DNA from: Alphaproteobacteria bacterium
GTDB lineage: Bacteria; Pseudomonadota; Alphaproteobacteria; JAAXGF01
Direction of reading: 5' to 3'
DNA length: 64,000 nucleotides
Assembly: GCA_963555825.3 (NCBI GenBank)
Contig: CAUVXB020000001.1
Coordinates: 1,280,001 to 1,344,000 of the forward strand
A program made the position numbers and the translations under genes. This document shows, one piece after another, positions 30,218 to 41,639 of the stretch. Every line of letters starts with the position of its first letter. Within the stretch, counting starts at the first letter, position 1. Under the pieces are notes generated by a model that saw only the letters and a list, made by a program, of their open reading frames with translations, was not told where the DNA came from and ran no database searches.

Positions 30218-31198
30218 ATGCATCATTCCATCAAAAAGGCGACGCTCGGCCTCGCCGGGCTGGCGGTCGCGGCGTCCTTCGCCTTGGCGCCGGCCGCGCG
30301 GGCCGGCAGCGTTCCCGAAACGCCGGATCCGATAAAGCTGGCGATCAACGAGTGGACCGGCCAGCACATCACGACCCATGTCGCGGGCGAGATCCTCAAG
30401 CGCATGGGCTACTCGGTCGAGTACGTGACCGCGGGCTATTACCCGCAGATGACGGCGCTCGAGGACGACACCATCACCGCGACTCTCGAGATTTGGAGCT
30501 CAAACATCGGCGAGAACTACGACAAGGCGCTCGCGACCGGCAATGTCATCGAGATCGGCGACCTCGGCCTCGAGCCGCGGGAAGGCTGGATGTACCCCAA
30601 ATATGTCGAGGCCCAGTGTCCGGGCCTGCCCGACTGGGAGGCGCTGATGAAATGCGCCGAGGTGTTCGCGACGCCCGAGACCTTCCCCAAGGGCCGCTTC
30701 CTCGACTATCCGCTCGACTGGGGCACCACCAACGTCGACCGCATCAAAGCCCTGGGGTTGGATTTCGTCTCGGTGCCGTCGGGCGGCGAAGGCTCGCTGG
30801 TGGCCGAGATCAAGAGCGCGGTATCGCGCAAGGACCCGCTGATCATGCAGTTCTGGGCGCCACACTGGCTGCATGCCGAGGTCGAGATGGCGATCGTCAA
30901 TCTGCCACCCCATGAGGCTGGCTGCTACGACGACGCGTCCTGGGGACTCAACCCGAACGCCACCTACGACTGCGACTGGGAGCTCGGCTACATCAAGAAG
31001 ATGGTCTGGATCGGCATGGAAGAGAAGTGGCCGGCGGCGTTCCGCCTACTCAAGAACTACAAGCTGAACAACGCCGCGCAGAATGCCATGATGGCCGAAA
31101 TCGACGTCAAGGGCCGGCCTGTCGAGGAGGTCGTGGCCGAATGGCTCGACGCCAACGAGGGCACCTGGCGTCCCTGGGTCGACCAGGCGATGATGTAA
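30218..31198 (+). CDS. Glycine betaine/TMAO-type ABC substrate-binding protein (ProX/TmoX family)
   Basis: Signal peptide; E.W, CPGLPDW, F.TPET.PKGR and W.PHW motifs. Confidence 0.85.
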   Translation: MHHSIKKATLGLAGLAVAASFALAPAARAGSVPETPDPIKLAINEWTGQHITTHVAGEILKRMGYSVEYVTAGYYPQMTALEDDTITATLEIWSSNIGENYDKALATGNVIEIGDLGLEPREGWMYPKYVEAQCPGLPDWEALMKCAEVFATPETFPKGRFLDYPLDWGTTNVDRIKALGLDFVSVPSGGEGSLVAEIKSAVSRKDPLIMQFWAPHWLHAEVEMAIVNLPPHEAGCYDDASWGLNPNATYDCDWELGYIKKMVWIGMEEKWPAAFRLLKNYKLNNAAQNAMMAEIDVKGRPVEEVVAEWLDANEGTWRPWVDQAMM

Positions 31199-31285
31199 GC
31201 GCCGGCAGATGATTTCTGCTTTGTGCGGGACCGGGCAATTGCCCGGTCCCGTCGCATGAGCCTATCGATCCTACGGCATCCGTCG

Positions 31286-32362
31286 ATGTCCGAGAACATC
31301 AGCGAAGGCGCGGCGAACGGCGAGATCAAGCTGTCGTGCCGCAACCTGTGGAAGATCTACGGGCCCGAGCCCGAGGGCTTCTTCACCGATTCGGGCGGCG
31401 CCGTCGCCGACACGTCGGGCCATATCGAACAGATCCGGAGCACCGGGCACATCGCCGCCGCCTGCGACGTGAGCTTCGACGTCCGCGAGGGCGAGATCTT
31501 CATCATCATGGGGCTTTCGGGCTCGGGCAAGTCGACCGTGGTGCGCTGCCTGTCGCGCCTGGTCGAGCCGACCGCCGGCGCGGTGCTGTTCGACGGCGAT
31601 GACCTGCTCAAGGTTTCCAAGGCCGAACTAATCGACATCAGGCGCCACAAGATGGGCATGGTGTTCCAGAACTTCGGCCTGATGCCGCATCTGACCGTGC
31701 TGGAGAACGTCGCTTTTCCCCTCAAGATCCAAGGTATCGGGCGCGAACAACGATTCGCCCGGGCCCAGGAGATGCTCGATCTGGTCGGCCTCGAGGGCCG
31801 CGAAGCCGCCTTCCCGCGCCAGCTTTCGGGCGGCCAGCAGCAGCGCGTCGGCATCGCCCGCAGCCTCGCCGTCGAGCCCGCGGTGTGGTTCCTCGACGAG
31901 CCCTTCTCGGCGCTCGACCCGCTGATCCGCCGCCAGATGCAGGACGAGTTCCTGCGCCTCCAGCGCCTGCTGCACAAGACCATCGTGTTCATCACCCACG
32001 ACTTCCTCGAGGCGCTCCGCCTGGCCGACCGTATCGCCATCATGAAGGACGGCGAGATCGTCCAGATCGGCACCCCCGCCGAGGTCGTCATGCAGCCCGC
32101 CGACGAATACGTCACCGAGTTCACCCAGGACGTACCCCGGGTCAAGATCATCACCGCCGGTGACATCATGTCGCCGGCGGATTCGGATGCCGGAATCGGG
32201 GCTACGGTGGGCGCGGGCACCACGCTCGAGCAGTTGATGCCCCGCTTCAGAAAGGGCATGACGCCCGTGGCGGTGACCGGCGCCGACGGCGCGGTCATCG
32301 GCCAGGTTTCGGCGCAGGACGTGCTTACCGCGTTGGCCAGCGCCGAGGACGAGCCCGAATGA
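31286..32362 (+). CDS. proV: Betaine ABC ATP-binding protein
   Basis: GLSGSGKS, LSGGQQQR and DEPFSALDPLIR motifs. Confidence 0.88.
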   Translation: MSENISEGAANGEIKLSCRNLWKIYGPEPEGFFTDSGGAVADTSGHIEQIRSTGHIAAACDVSFDVREGEIFIIMGLSGSGKSTVVRCLSRLVEPTAGAVLFDGDDLLKVSKAELIDIRRHKMGMVFQNFGLMPHLTVLENVAFPLKIQGIGREQRFARAQEMLDLVGLEGREAAFPRQLSGGQQQRVGIARSLAVEPAVWFLDEPFSALDPLIRRQMQDEFLRLQRLLHKTIVFITHDFLEALRLADRIAIMKDGEIVQIGTPAEVVMQPADEYVTEFTQDVPRVKIITAGDIMSPADSDAGIGATVGAGTTLEQLMPRFRKGMTPVAVTGADGAVIGQVSAQDVLTALASAEDEPE

Positions 32363-32866
32363 CGACCGTCGAGGACGCCCACGGCCTGCTCGAAGAGGCG
32401 CCCCCGCGGCGCAGCGATTGGGGCCTGATCACCTGGCTGGCCGTCGCCGTCATCGCCGCCGCCTGCTTCTACTTGAGGACGGATCACGCGTGGCTGATCA
32501 GCTACCCGGACGACGGGGTACCGCCGATCCGCGACTGGTGCAATGTGGCGATGGACTGGTTCGTCCTGGTCTTCAAGCCGCTGTTCCGCGCCATAAGCTG
32601 GCTGCTCGACTGGCCGATGACCTGGCTCAAGGATCTGCTGCACTGGCTGCCCTGGCCGGCGACCATTGCCATCGTCACCGTCATGGCCCATGCCGCGTCC
32701 GGCTGGCGCCTCGCCCTGTTCAGTATGCTGGCGTCGCTTTACATGGTGGTCGTCGGCTATTGGGACGAGAGCATGAACACCCTGGCGCTGGTTGGCGTCT
32801 CGGTGCCGGTATCGGTCGGCGGCGGGTTCCTGCTCGGCCTGCTCGGCTTCAAGTCGCCCATGGTCC
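32359..32866 (+). pseudogene. ProW-like ABC permease truncated by ISKra4
   Basis: TM segments and GYW..SM.TL motif; coding ends at the GGGTGCGAGTCTC IS end. Confidence 0.8.
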
Positions 32867-35800
32867 GGGTGCGAGTCTCGCATGGCAGTGATGTCTGCGG
32901 CTTGGTTCGTTGAGTTCAGGCAGCGATTGCCATGGCTGCTGCACGTGGACTGATGTTGTCGTTGGCCGGTGTGTCGGTTGCGCTGATCAGGGCCTTCCAT
33001 GCCCGCTCGAAGCGGCCGGATTTGATCAGGGCGCGGAAGGTCAGAACAGCCTTGAGAACGGCAGAGCAATAATCCCCCACTGAAGCGGCCGGTCGATCCG
33101 GCTGCGGCGGACCAAAATGGGACCGCGTATAGCCTTCTGTCAGGGTTGCTCTGACTGGAAGGCGGGGGGGATGTATCGGGTGGAGTTGTACGCACGGGTT
33201 CGGCGGGCGTGTCATGTCGAGGGGATGAGCACCCGCGAGGCCTCGCGGGTGTTTGGTGTAGACCGCAAGACGGTCCGTAAGATGCTGTCGTTCTCGGTGC
33301 CGCCAGGGTATCGCCGAAGCGCGCCGCCGAGGCGGCCAAAGCTGGGTCCGTTCACGGGAATCATCGATCGGATCTTGGAAGACGATCGGACCAGCCACCG
33401 CAAGCAACGGCACACTGCGAAGCGCATCTTCGACCGCCTCCGGGACGAGTACGGTTTCACGGGCGGCTACACCATCGTGAAGGACTACGTTCGTGAGCAG
33501 GGGCTTCGGTCGCGTGAGGTGTTCGTGCCACTCTCCCATTCCCCCGGTCACGCCCAGGCGGACTTCGGCGAAGCGATGGCGGTGATCGGCGGCGCGTTAC
33601 GGAAGATCCACTTCCTTGCCTTCGACCTTCCCCACAGTGATGGTTGCTTTGTTGCGGCCTATCCGGCGGAGACGACCGAAGCATTCTGCGATGGCCACAA
33701 CGCGGCGTTTGCCTTCTTCGGCGGCGTCCCCCGATCCATCCTGTACGACAACACCAAGCTGGCGGTTGCCCGGATCCTGGGCGATGGGAAGCGGCAGCGA
33801 ACGCGCGTCTTCACGGAGCTTCAGTCCCACTATCTGTTCGAGGACAGGTTCGGCCGGCCGGGCAAGGGCAACGACAAGGGCAAGGTCGAGGGACTGGTCG
33901 GCTTCATCCGGCGGAACTTCCTGGTCCCCGTCCCGCGTGCCGAGAGCTTCGCGGCCCTCAACGATGCTCTCGCCGAACAGTGCCGCCGGCGCCAGGCGGC
34001 GCGGCTGCGGGGCCACAAGGAGACCATCGGCGAGCGTCTCGAGCGGGATCGTCAAGTTCTCTTGCCATTGCCGCCTGCTCCCTATGATGCCTGCGATAAG
34101 CGCCCTGGACGGGCGAGTTCGCTGTCGCTGGTGCGTTACCGCAGCAACGACTATTCCGTGCCCGTGGCCTACGGCCACCGTGAGGTGCTCATCCGGGGCT
34201 ACGTCGATGAGGTGGTGATCAGCTGCGGGGCCGAGGTGATCGCCCGGCACCGCCGGTCCTACGACAGCGAGGACCTGATCTTCGACCCGCTGCATTACCT
34301 GCCCTTGATCGAGCAGAAGATCGGCGCCCTCGACCAGGCCGCGCCATTGGCGGGCTGGGACCTGCCCGAGGCCTTCATCACTCTGCGGCGGCTCCTCGAA
34401 GCTCGTATGGGCAAGGCAGGCAAGCGCGAGTACGTCCAGGTGCTCCGTCTACTGGAGACCTTCCGGCTCGAGGAGGTCGAGGGTGCGGTCGGCGACGCCC
34501 TGCGGCTCGGCGCAATCGGCTTTGATGCGGTGAAGCACCTGGTACTGTGCCGCATCGAGCGGCGGCCGCCCAGGCTCAACCTCGACGTCTATCCGTATCT
34601 GCCGCGCGCCCGGGTCGCGATGACGTCCGCCAAGTCGTACATGAGCCTGCTGTCGGGGCTCGGCGCATGACCGACACACCGCAAGTGCTGCTCGCCCACC
34701 ACCTCAAGACGCTGAAGCTGCCGACCTTCCTGCGCGAGTACGACAAGATCGCCCGGCAGTGCGCCTCGGAAGGCGTCGATCACGTCCGCTACCTGTTGAG
34801 ACTCGCCGAGCTCGAGCTGATCGACCGCGAGCGCCGCATGGTCGAGCGGCGCATCAAGGCGGCGCGCTTCCCCGTGGTCAAGAGCCTCGACAGCTTCGAC
34901 TTCAAGGTCATCCCCTCGCTCAACAAGGCGCTGGTCCTGGAGCTGGCCCGCTGCGAGTACATCGAGCGCCGCGAGAACCTCATCGCGCTCGGCAACAGTG
35001 GGACCGGCAAGACCCACATCGCCCTCGGTCTCGGCCTGGCGGCCTGCCAGAAGGGCCTCTCGGTCGGCTTCATCACCGCCGCCGCGCTGGTCCACGAACT
35101 CATCGAGGCCCGCGATGACAAGCAGCTGCTGAGGTTCCAGAAGAAGCTCGCCACCTACAAGCTTCTGATCGTCGACGAACTCGGCTTCGTGCCGCTGTCG
35201 AAGACCGGCGCCGAGCTGTTGTTCGAGGTGTTCAGCCAACGCTACGAGCGGGGCTCGACCCTGGTCACCACCAATCTGCCCTTCGACGAATGGACCGAGG
35301 TGTTCGGCTCCGAGCGCCTCACCGGCGCGCTCCTCGATCGCCTCACCCACCACGTCAACATCCTCGAGATGAACGGTGACAGCTACAGGCTCAACCAGAG
35401 CCGCAGGCGTCAAACCCCGACTGCTAACTGAACCGACCACCCAGCCCACGCTTGACCCCGTGGGCCCACAGGTCCCTCCCGCGCGCGCCGCCGCGTCAGC
35501 CTGTTGAGGGCACGCCGCGTCGCGCGCGGGGCCCTCCCGTGGACTACGGGGACAAGCCCGCAGCCGCCAAGCGGTCCCTTCTTACACCGCCGAGGTGGTC
35601 CCTTTTTGCTCCGCCATTGACACAGCCTGTCCGCCGACGATCCGCCAGCGCATGCCGGAGCGCTTCATGCGCTGTGTCACCAGGGTCTTGTTGGCAGCTT
35701 CGACCACGCCTGAGCCGATGGCGATGCCCTCTTCCTTCAGGGCGTGGTAGCGCATGCGATGGCGATGCTTGCGGAAGAAGGCGAGTTCCCGCTCGGTCTC

Positions 35801-36686
35801 GGCCCGGTCCGGCGCAGCGGCGGCATCGCGAAGGTGGCGCAGCGCCCGGATCACCTTGGCGACGCCACGGGGATCGTGACGGAGGATCTCGCGGTACTTC
35901 TCGAACCAGCCGGGCGCCACGGCATGGTCGGACGCGGTTTGCAGATGTTCGCAAGCATGCCAGAAGTCGATCACCTCGGTTTCGGGCGACAGGGTCTCCA
36001 GGAAGGTCCAGTTGTCGGCGGCGCCATCGGCGATAGCGACGATCCCGATCTCGGGGCGTGCTCGCCTGATGTGTGCGACTTCGCTTGCAAGCTGCGCCTT
36101 CAGCGTGAGCTTGCCGCTCTCCGGCATGCGGCCGAGATAGAGGGTCTTCAGGCGCTTGCCCTCGGCGTCGTGGAAGGAGACCGTGCCGCAGGCAGCCTCG
36201 CGCCAGGAGGCCTTGGCGCGACCGTCCTCGCCGGGTCTCAGCGGCACCATGACGCCGTCGAGGGAGACCGAGGCGGTGGTCGCGTCCTGCGGTATGCCCT
36301 CGGCCTCACGGATGCTGCCCAGCGTCTCCGGGCCGAGGCTCTCCCAGCATTCGTGCATGCTCAGGGTCAGGCGCTGCAGGGTGCTCACCGACGGCGTCAT
36401 GGCGCCGGTCTTCGCAAAGAACGCCGCCGCTTCCCGGGCCGTGCAGTGACCCATCATCAGCAGACCGAGCTCGGCCGCCGGCCGCGTCAGGTAATCGTCG
36501 ACGAGGCCCAGGCTCTCGTCGACCGGCACCGGCGATGCCCCGCTCGCGCCGCTGCGGTAACGCGCTCGCCGGTAGGTGTGCCTCCCATTTATCTCATCCG
36601 GGGTGCATCAAGAACGCCGACCGGTCCGCCGGCACTGGTGATGGCACCATCTTCGCTGTGAGGCGGGCATAGTCATCTTCGGAAAC
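32867..36686 (-). mobile_element. ISKra4-family IS, degraded and interrupted by IS21
   Basis: ADGA..NW, DFWHA.EHL and IGSG.VEAA.K..V..RMK.SGMRW motifs; C-terminus resumes at 32916-33052; left end lost. Confidence 0.8.
33053..35622 (+). mobile_element. IS21-family IS, copy 2 (istA 33171-34670, istB 34667-35431)
   Basis: Same proteins as copy 1; 6-bp TSD CAGCCT. Confidence 0.95.
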
Positions 36687-37492
36687 GGTGCTGTCAACTT
36701 AACGAAGGCAGGTCGCAGTTGAACGTCTGAACTGAGCGGCTCAAGCAGCAGCGGTCACGGTCCGCCACGTGTTCATCGCGTCACCGCGGAATTGGCGCAT
36801 TGTCTTGCGAGTGATCAGATGACGTTGGACATTGAAGGTGTTGTAGATGGCGGCGTGGGTGGAGAGAAACCTTTGCGCCGATCCTGATGACTTGAAGCCC
36901 TGCATCCTGCGTTCTCGTTGTCGAACCGGCAGGTGCGAATTCTCCGCCCGATTGTTGCTCCGTCCGCCGGTAACGTGTTTCCCCGTCATGTTGAGATCAC
37001 GCAATGCTGCCCCGTAAGATGGCAGTTTATCGGTCACCACCTTATTCGGCGCATACCCCTGCTTCTTGAGCAGTTTGCGCATCAGCTTGAGTGCTGCTTT
37101 CTTGTTCCTCCGGGACTGAACCAGGATATCCAGCACCTCACCCTCGCTGTCCACCGCCCGCCATAGATACATCCGTTTTCCGTTGATGGAGGAAAACACC
37201 TCATCAAGGTGCCACCGGTCGTCTGGTCGAGGGCGTGATTGTCTCAGTTTTCGGGCATAGGCCTGCCCAAACTTTAAAGCCCAGCGCCGTATCGTCTCGT
37301 AAGAAACATCGACACCACGTTCAGCGAGCAGATCCTCCACATCGCGGTAACTGAGCGGAAACCGGAAACACAGCCAGACGGCGCGCTGGATTATCTCTGC
37401 AGGAAACCGATGTCGGCGGTAGCTGATCTTGTTCATAACAGGAAGCTACTCGCCACCCGCAGCTGACACCAGCCAGTTACCGTGACAGCACC
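36687..37492 (-). mobile_element. IS6-family IS, copy 2 (transposase 36741-37436)
   Basis: Inverted copy of 24019-24824; one amino-acid difference (S/R). Confidence 0.95.
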
Positions 37493-37613
37493 CTAAAAAG
37501 GATGTCTGGCTCCGGCCCCTGCGACGGGATTGGAAACGCACCCTCAATCGCTAAAATCGGCCGGGGCGAATGGAAACGCCCGCGCTGATTCCACGGCCTG
37601 AACGAACGCTTAC
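37493..37613 (+). mobile_element. Right-end remnant of an earlier IS66-DruA copy
   Basis: Identical to 41202-41322. Confidence 0.88.
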
Positions 37614-37721
37614 GGTTCGCGGGTAAGCGTTCGTTCAGGCCGTGGAATGGGTCCCGTCAAGCGCATCTCCCACGTTGAGGCGAGGCCCCACAAGGTGCTG
37701 TCTTTCTGCTGGTAACGCGAT

Positions 37722-40385
37722 TTGCCATGCGCTATCGTCGTGCGCATGGTGGTTCTGGACGAGGATTTTGGCACCAACCTGACGCTGGTCGAGGGTAATG
37801 GCGGGGTCCGGTTGTCCCCCGTGTCGGTGCCGGAGCACGCGCCGCGCGACTGGCGGTCACAGTGTGAGCGGGAACGGGCGCGGGCGGACGCGGCCGAAGC
37901 GCGCGCGGAAGAGCTGCGCTGGGCGGAAGTGGCCGCCCGCAGCGATGGCGGTTCGTGGAAGTCTCGGTTCAAGGCCTGCCGGCGCAGGCTGAGTGAGGCC
38001 GTCGAAGAGACGAAGGAAGCCCGCCGCACGGCAAGGGACGTGCCGTCCTTGCAGGCGGAAGTGGCGCGCCTGGAGACGCTCCTTTCTGAAGCCGGCATCG
38101 CGTCGGCCTTCGATACGGCCGGGGCGCTGCGCAAGGAGAACGCCCGGCTGCGCAAGGCCCTGGCGGCATCGAAGGCCCGAGAGGGCGCGACCGGGCCGTG
38201 GCCCGCTCCGCCCCGGCGGCGCACCGTCCTGGAGCCTTCCCCGGACCAGAAGGAGACCGTCAGGTCGCTTCGCACGGAACTCCGCCGGCTCGACAAGGAG
38301 GTGGTCCGGCGGGACAAGGAGAACGCCCGGCTGAACACGCGCCTCGACCAGGAGAAGGAGAGGACGGAGCGCATCAGGGAGACCGCGAAGAAGCTGTCCA
38401 GCGAGTCCCTTCGGCTCCACCGGGAGGTGAGGATACTGGGCGACGCCGAGGCCCGCGCCCGGTCGCTGTCCGACGAGGTTTTCTGGCTGCGCCATGCCCT
38501 GGAGGTGTCCAAAGCCGGTAAGGAGAAGTTGAAGGCCCGGCTCGCCAAGCTTCGGGCGGCCGGGGCGACGCTGTCGAAGCTGCCGTCCGACGAGGCTGCT
38601 CAACTGCGCGCGGCGTTGAGGCGGTCGCGGCGCCAGAAGACGACGATCGAGGCGCTGCGCAAGGGCAACGCCCGTCTGCGCAGGACCATGCGGAAGTTGG
38701 AGACCCGGAAAGCGGCGCTGGCGGTTCAGCCTGCCAAGCTTCGCGCGATCAGGAAGGCACTCGAGTCCGAGCTTGCCGGGCTTCGGGCGGTCAGGAAGAC
38801 GTTGTCGAAGTCGCTGTCCGTTGCAGACGCCGATCTCCGCAGGGCTCTGCGAAGGTCGCGGCGCCAGAAGGCTACGATCAAGTCGCTGTCCCGGGAGAAC
38901 GCCCGCCTGCGCAAGGGCGCGAAGACGTCGCGGAACCGGATCGAGACGCTGGAAGTCCAGCTTGAGAGGCTTCGTGCGACCGGGGCGGTGCTGTCGAGGG
39001 CGCTCTACGGCCGCAAGAGCGAGCAGCAGGACAAGCCGGGCTCGGAACACAAGCGCGGCCAGCAGCGCGGCGCGCCCGGCCACGGCCGCACCCAGCGGCC
39101 CGGGCTCGATGAGCGCACCGAAGAGCACAACCCGCCGCCGGATGCGTGCGTCTGCGGCCGGTGCGGGCAGCCCTATGCGCCGAACGGCGCCGAGGAATCC
39201 ACCCTCGTCGAGATCGAGGTCAAGGCCTACAAGCGCGTGATCCGCCGTCCGCGCTGGCGCCGGACCTGCGAGTGCGCGTCGTCGCCCATGGAAGTGTCGG
39301 CGCCCCCGGTGCCGCGGCTGTTCCCCAGGACGCTCTACGGGACCAGCTTCTGGGCACGCTTCCTGTTCGAGCACTGTGCCTGCTTCCGCCCCGTGCACCG
39401 CGTTGCCGCGTGGATGTCCGCCCAAGGGCTGACGGTCTCGCCGGGGACGCTGGCCGACAGCCTGAAGCGGTTCGTGCCGCTGCTCGAGCCGCTGGCCGAG
39501 GCGATCCTTGCGCACCAGAACAAGGCGGCGCTGCGCCATGCCGACGAGACCAGCTGGCGCGTCCAGGAACTTCGCGGGGAAGACCGCTCGAGCCGCGCCT
39601 GGCTGTGGGTCTCGGTCAGCAATGACGCGGTCTCTTTCCATATCGACCCCTCGCGCAGCGCCGAGGCGGCGCAGAAGCTGTTCGGCGACGCTCTCCTCGA
39701 CACGGTCATCGTCTGCGATCGCTATAGCGCCTACAAGCGACTCGCTCGCCTTCGCGAGGGCAAGGTGACCCTTGCATTCTGTTGGTCCCATATGCGCCGC
39801 GATTTTGTCGAGTGCGCGGCCGGCCAGGTGAGACTGACGGACTGGTGCCAGGGATGGATCGAGCGGATCGCGTCGATCTACCGCCTGAACGAGGCGAGGT
39901 TGGCTCATTACGACCCCGTGATCAAGCGCCAGACGCCGGCGTTCGACGCGGCGCAGGGCGCGTTGAAGGCGGCGCTCGACGGCCTGTTCGCGGAGGCCGC
40001 CCGGGAGTTGGTCGGCCTGCCGGACCAGGCGCGCCAGGGCAGGGCGCTGCGCTCGCTGCTGAACCATCGCGAAGGGCTGAGCGTGTTCGTCGACCGCCCG
40101 CAGGTGCCTCTGGATAACAATCGCGCCGAAAGATTGTTACGAGGTCCGGCCATAGGGCGACGGCTGTCGTTCGGTTCCGACAGCGAGGACGGCGCCAGGT
40201 TCACGGCGATCATGTACTCGGTGGTGGGCACGCTCTCGATGAATGGCATCGACATCCTGAGCTGGCTGGACACGTGGCTCGCAGCGTGCGCGGAGAACGA
40301 TCGCAAACCACCGGACGACCTGTCGCCGTGGCTGCCATGGTCGATGAGCGAGGAGCGCAGGCGCGAACTCATGGCGCCGGCGTGA
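37722..40385 (+). CDS. IS66 transposase with a ~420-aa coiled-coil N-terminal extension
   Basis: G.KSE, C..CG, HADET.W, D.Y.AY, CW.H.RR.F and DNN.AER motifs. Confidence 0.88.
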   Translation: MPCAIVVRMVVLDEDFGTNLTLVEGNGGVRLSPVSVPEHAPRDWRSQCERERARADAAEARAEELRWAEVAARSDGGSWKSRFKACRRRLSEAVEETKEARRTARDVPSLQAEVARLETLLSEAGIASAFDTAGALRKENARLRKALAASKAREGATGPWPAPPRRRTVLEPSPDQKETVRSLRTELRRLDKEVVRRDKENARLNTRLDQEKERTERIRETAKKLSSESLRLHREVRILGDAEARARSLSDEVFWLRHALEVSKAGKEKLKARLAKLRAAGATLSKLPSDEAAQLRAALRRSRRQKTTIEALRKGNARLRRTMRKLETRKAALAVQPAKLRAIRKALESELAGLRAVRKTLSKSLSVADADLRRALRRSRRQKATIKSLSRENARLRKGAKTSRNRIETLEVQLERLRATGAVLSRALYGRKSEQQDKPGSEHKRGQQRGAPGHGRTQRPGLDERTEEHNPPPDACVCGRCGQPYAPNGAEESTLVEIEVKAYKRVIRRPRWRRTCECASSPMEVSAPPVPRLFPRTLYGTSFWARFLFEHCACFRPVHRVAAWMSAQGLTVSPGTLADSLKRFVPLLEPLAEAILAHQNKAALRHADETSWRVQELRGEDRSSRAWLWVSVSNDAVSFHIDPSRSAEAAQKLFGDALLDTVIVCDRYSAYKRLARLREGKVTLAFCWSHMRRDFVECAAGQVRLTDWCQGWIERIASIYRLNEARLAHYDPVIKRQTPAFDAAQGALKAALDGLFAEAARELVGLPDQARQGRALRSLLNHREGLSVFVDRPQVPLDNNRAERLLRGPAIGRRLSFGSDSEDGARFTAIMYSVVGTLSMNGIDILSWLDTWLAACAENDRKPPDDLSPWLPWSMSEERRRELMAPA

Positions 40386-41263
40386 CCGGCGCGATCGAGT
40401 GCCGTTATTACGGCCGCGACTTCACCGCCGGGGAAATGGCGCTGCTGCGCGCGCTGATCGCCGGGCCGCCGCCGTTGAACCGCCATATGCTGTCGAAGGA
40501 GTTCTGCCGGCGCATCGGCTGGTTCAAGCCCGACGGCGGCCTCAAGGACATGATGGCCAGGGTCGCCATGCTGGCCATGCACAGGGACGGCCTGATCGCC
40601 CTGCCGGCGCCGCAGGGACGGCAGAACCGGCCCGGGCCGATCGTCTTCGGGCCGGACACCGAAGCGCCGCTGTTCCCGGCCCCGACGACCCTCGACAAGG
40701 TCCGTCCGCTCGACCTGCGCCCCGTCGTGCGCGGCACCCGGGAGAGCAAGCTCTGGAACGAGTTCGTCGCCCGCTACCACTATCTCGGATACAAGACCCT
40801 GGTCGGCGCCCAGATGCGCTACGCCGTCCACGACCGCGACGGCTGGCCGCTCGCCATGCTCGGCTTCTCCACCGCCGCGTGGAAGCTCGCCCCGCGCGAC
40901 AACTTCATCGGATGGACACGGCAGAAGCGCGAGAAGAACCTTCCCTTCGTGGTCGACAACCCGAGATTCCTGATCCTGCCCTGGATCAATATCCCCAACC
41001 TGGGTTCGCACATCCTGGCCATCATCCGCCGGCGCCTGCCCGATGACTGGACCGAGCGCTACAACACCACGCCCGTGCTCATCGAGACCTTCGTCGAGAC
41101 CCCGCGCTACACCGGCGCCGTTTACAGGGCCTCCGGCTGGACCCGCGTCGGGACCACCCAGGGGCGCGGGCGCTACGACCGGGACAGGCAGTCCGACAAG
41201 CCTAAAAAGGATGTCTGGCTCCGGCCCCTGCGACGGGATTGGAAACGCACCCTCAATCGCTAA
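40382..41263 (+). CDS. DUF4338 / Druantia DruA-family protein
   Basis: HYLGY...G...Y, RD..IGW, N.RFLILPW...NL.S, ETFV and Y.A.GW...G.T.G.G motifs; GTGA overlap with the transposase. Confidence 0.85.
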   Translation: MTGAIECRYYGRDFTAGEMALLRALIAGPPPLNRHMLSKEFCRRIGWFKPDGGLKDMMARVAMLAMHRDGLIALPAPQGRQNRPGPIVFGPDTEAPLFPAPTTLDKVRPLDLRPVVRGTRESKLWNEFVARYHYLGYKTLVGAQMRYAVHDRDGWPLAMLGFSTAAWKLAPRDNFIGWTRQKREKNLPFVVDNPRFLILPWINIPNLGSHILAIIRRRLPDDWTERYNTTPVLIETFVETPRYTGAVYRASGWTRVGTTQGRGRYDRDRQSDKPKKDVWLRPLRRDWKRTLNR

Positions 41264-41509
41264 AATCGGCCGGGGCGAATGGAAACGCCCGCGCTGATTC
41301 CACGGCCTGAACGAACGCTTACGTTCGCGGGCAGCGTGATAGTGCGGTTATGGTGAACGACGACAAATATGCGCCTGTATGCGCTGGAGTTAGATCGAAT
41401 CCGCTTGCTATTTGCTTACGGGAAAATGCGAACCGGAACAGAGGCAACCTAAATTGCACGTCGAGGAATTGAATTACGTCGTATTATCAATGGGTTATGA
41501 TAAGAGTGT

Positions 41510-41632
41510 CAGGACGTCTTGGCTCTGGTGAATTTTTCGGCGTCCGAACCCGGTAGATTGTCATTCCACGCCAGCACGTCGCGCTGGCCCGGCTTGATGG
41601 CCTCGATGCGTCGTTTCGTTAGTCTCGTGATC
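41510..41632 (-). pseudogene. Integrase N-terminal remnant
   Basis: TRLTKRRIEAIKPG.RD...W.D.LPG arm-binding-domain start. Confidence 0.55.
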
Positions 41633-41639
41633 AGCTCCA

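Larger units (their letters stand above)
37623..41322 (+). mobile_element. IS66-family element carrying DUF4338/DruA
   Basis: 26-bp TIR GTAAGCGTTCGTTCAGGCCGTGGAAT; 8-bp TSD GTTCGCGG (37615-37622, 41323-41330). Confidence 0.92.

Noticed and set aside
40382-41263. Complete Druantia defence system
   Set aside because: No DruE helicase or other dru genes; the gene lies inside IS66 TIRs.
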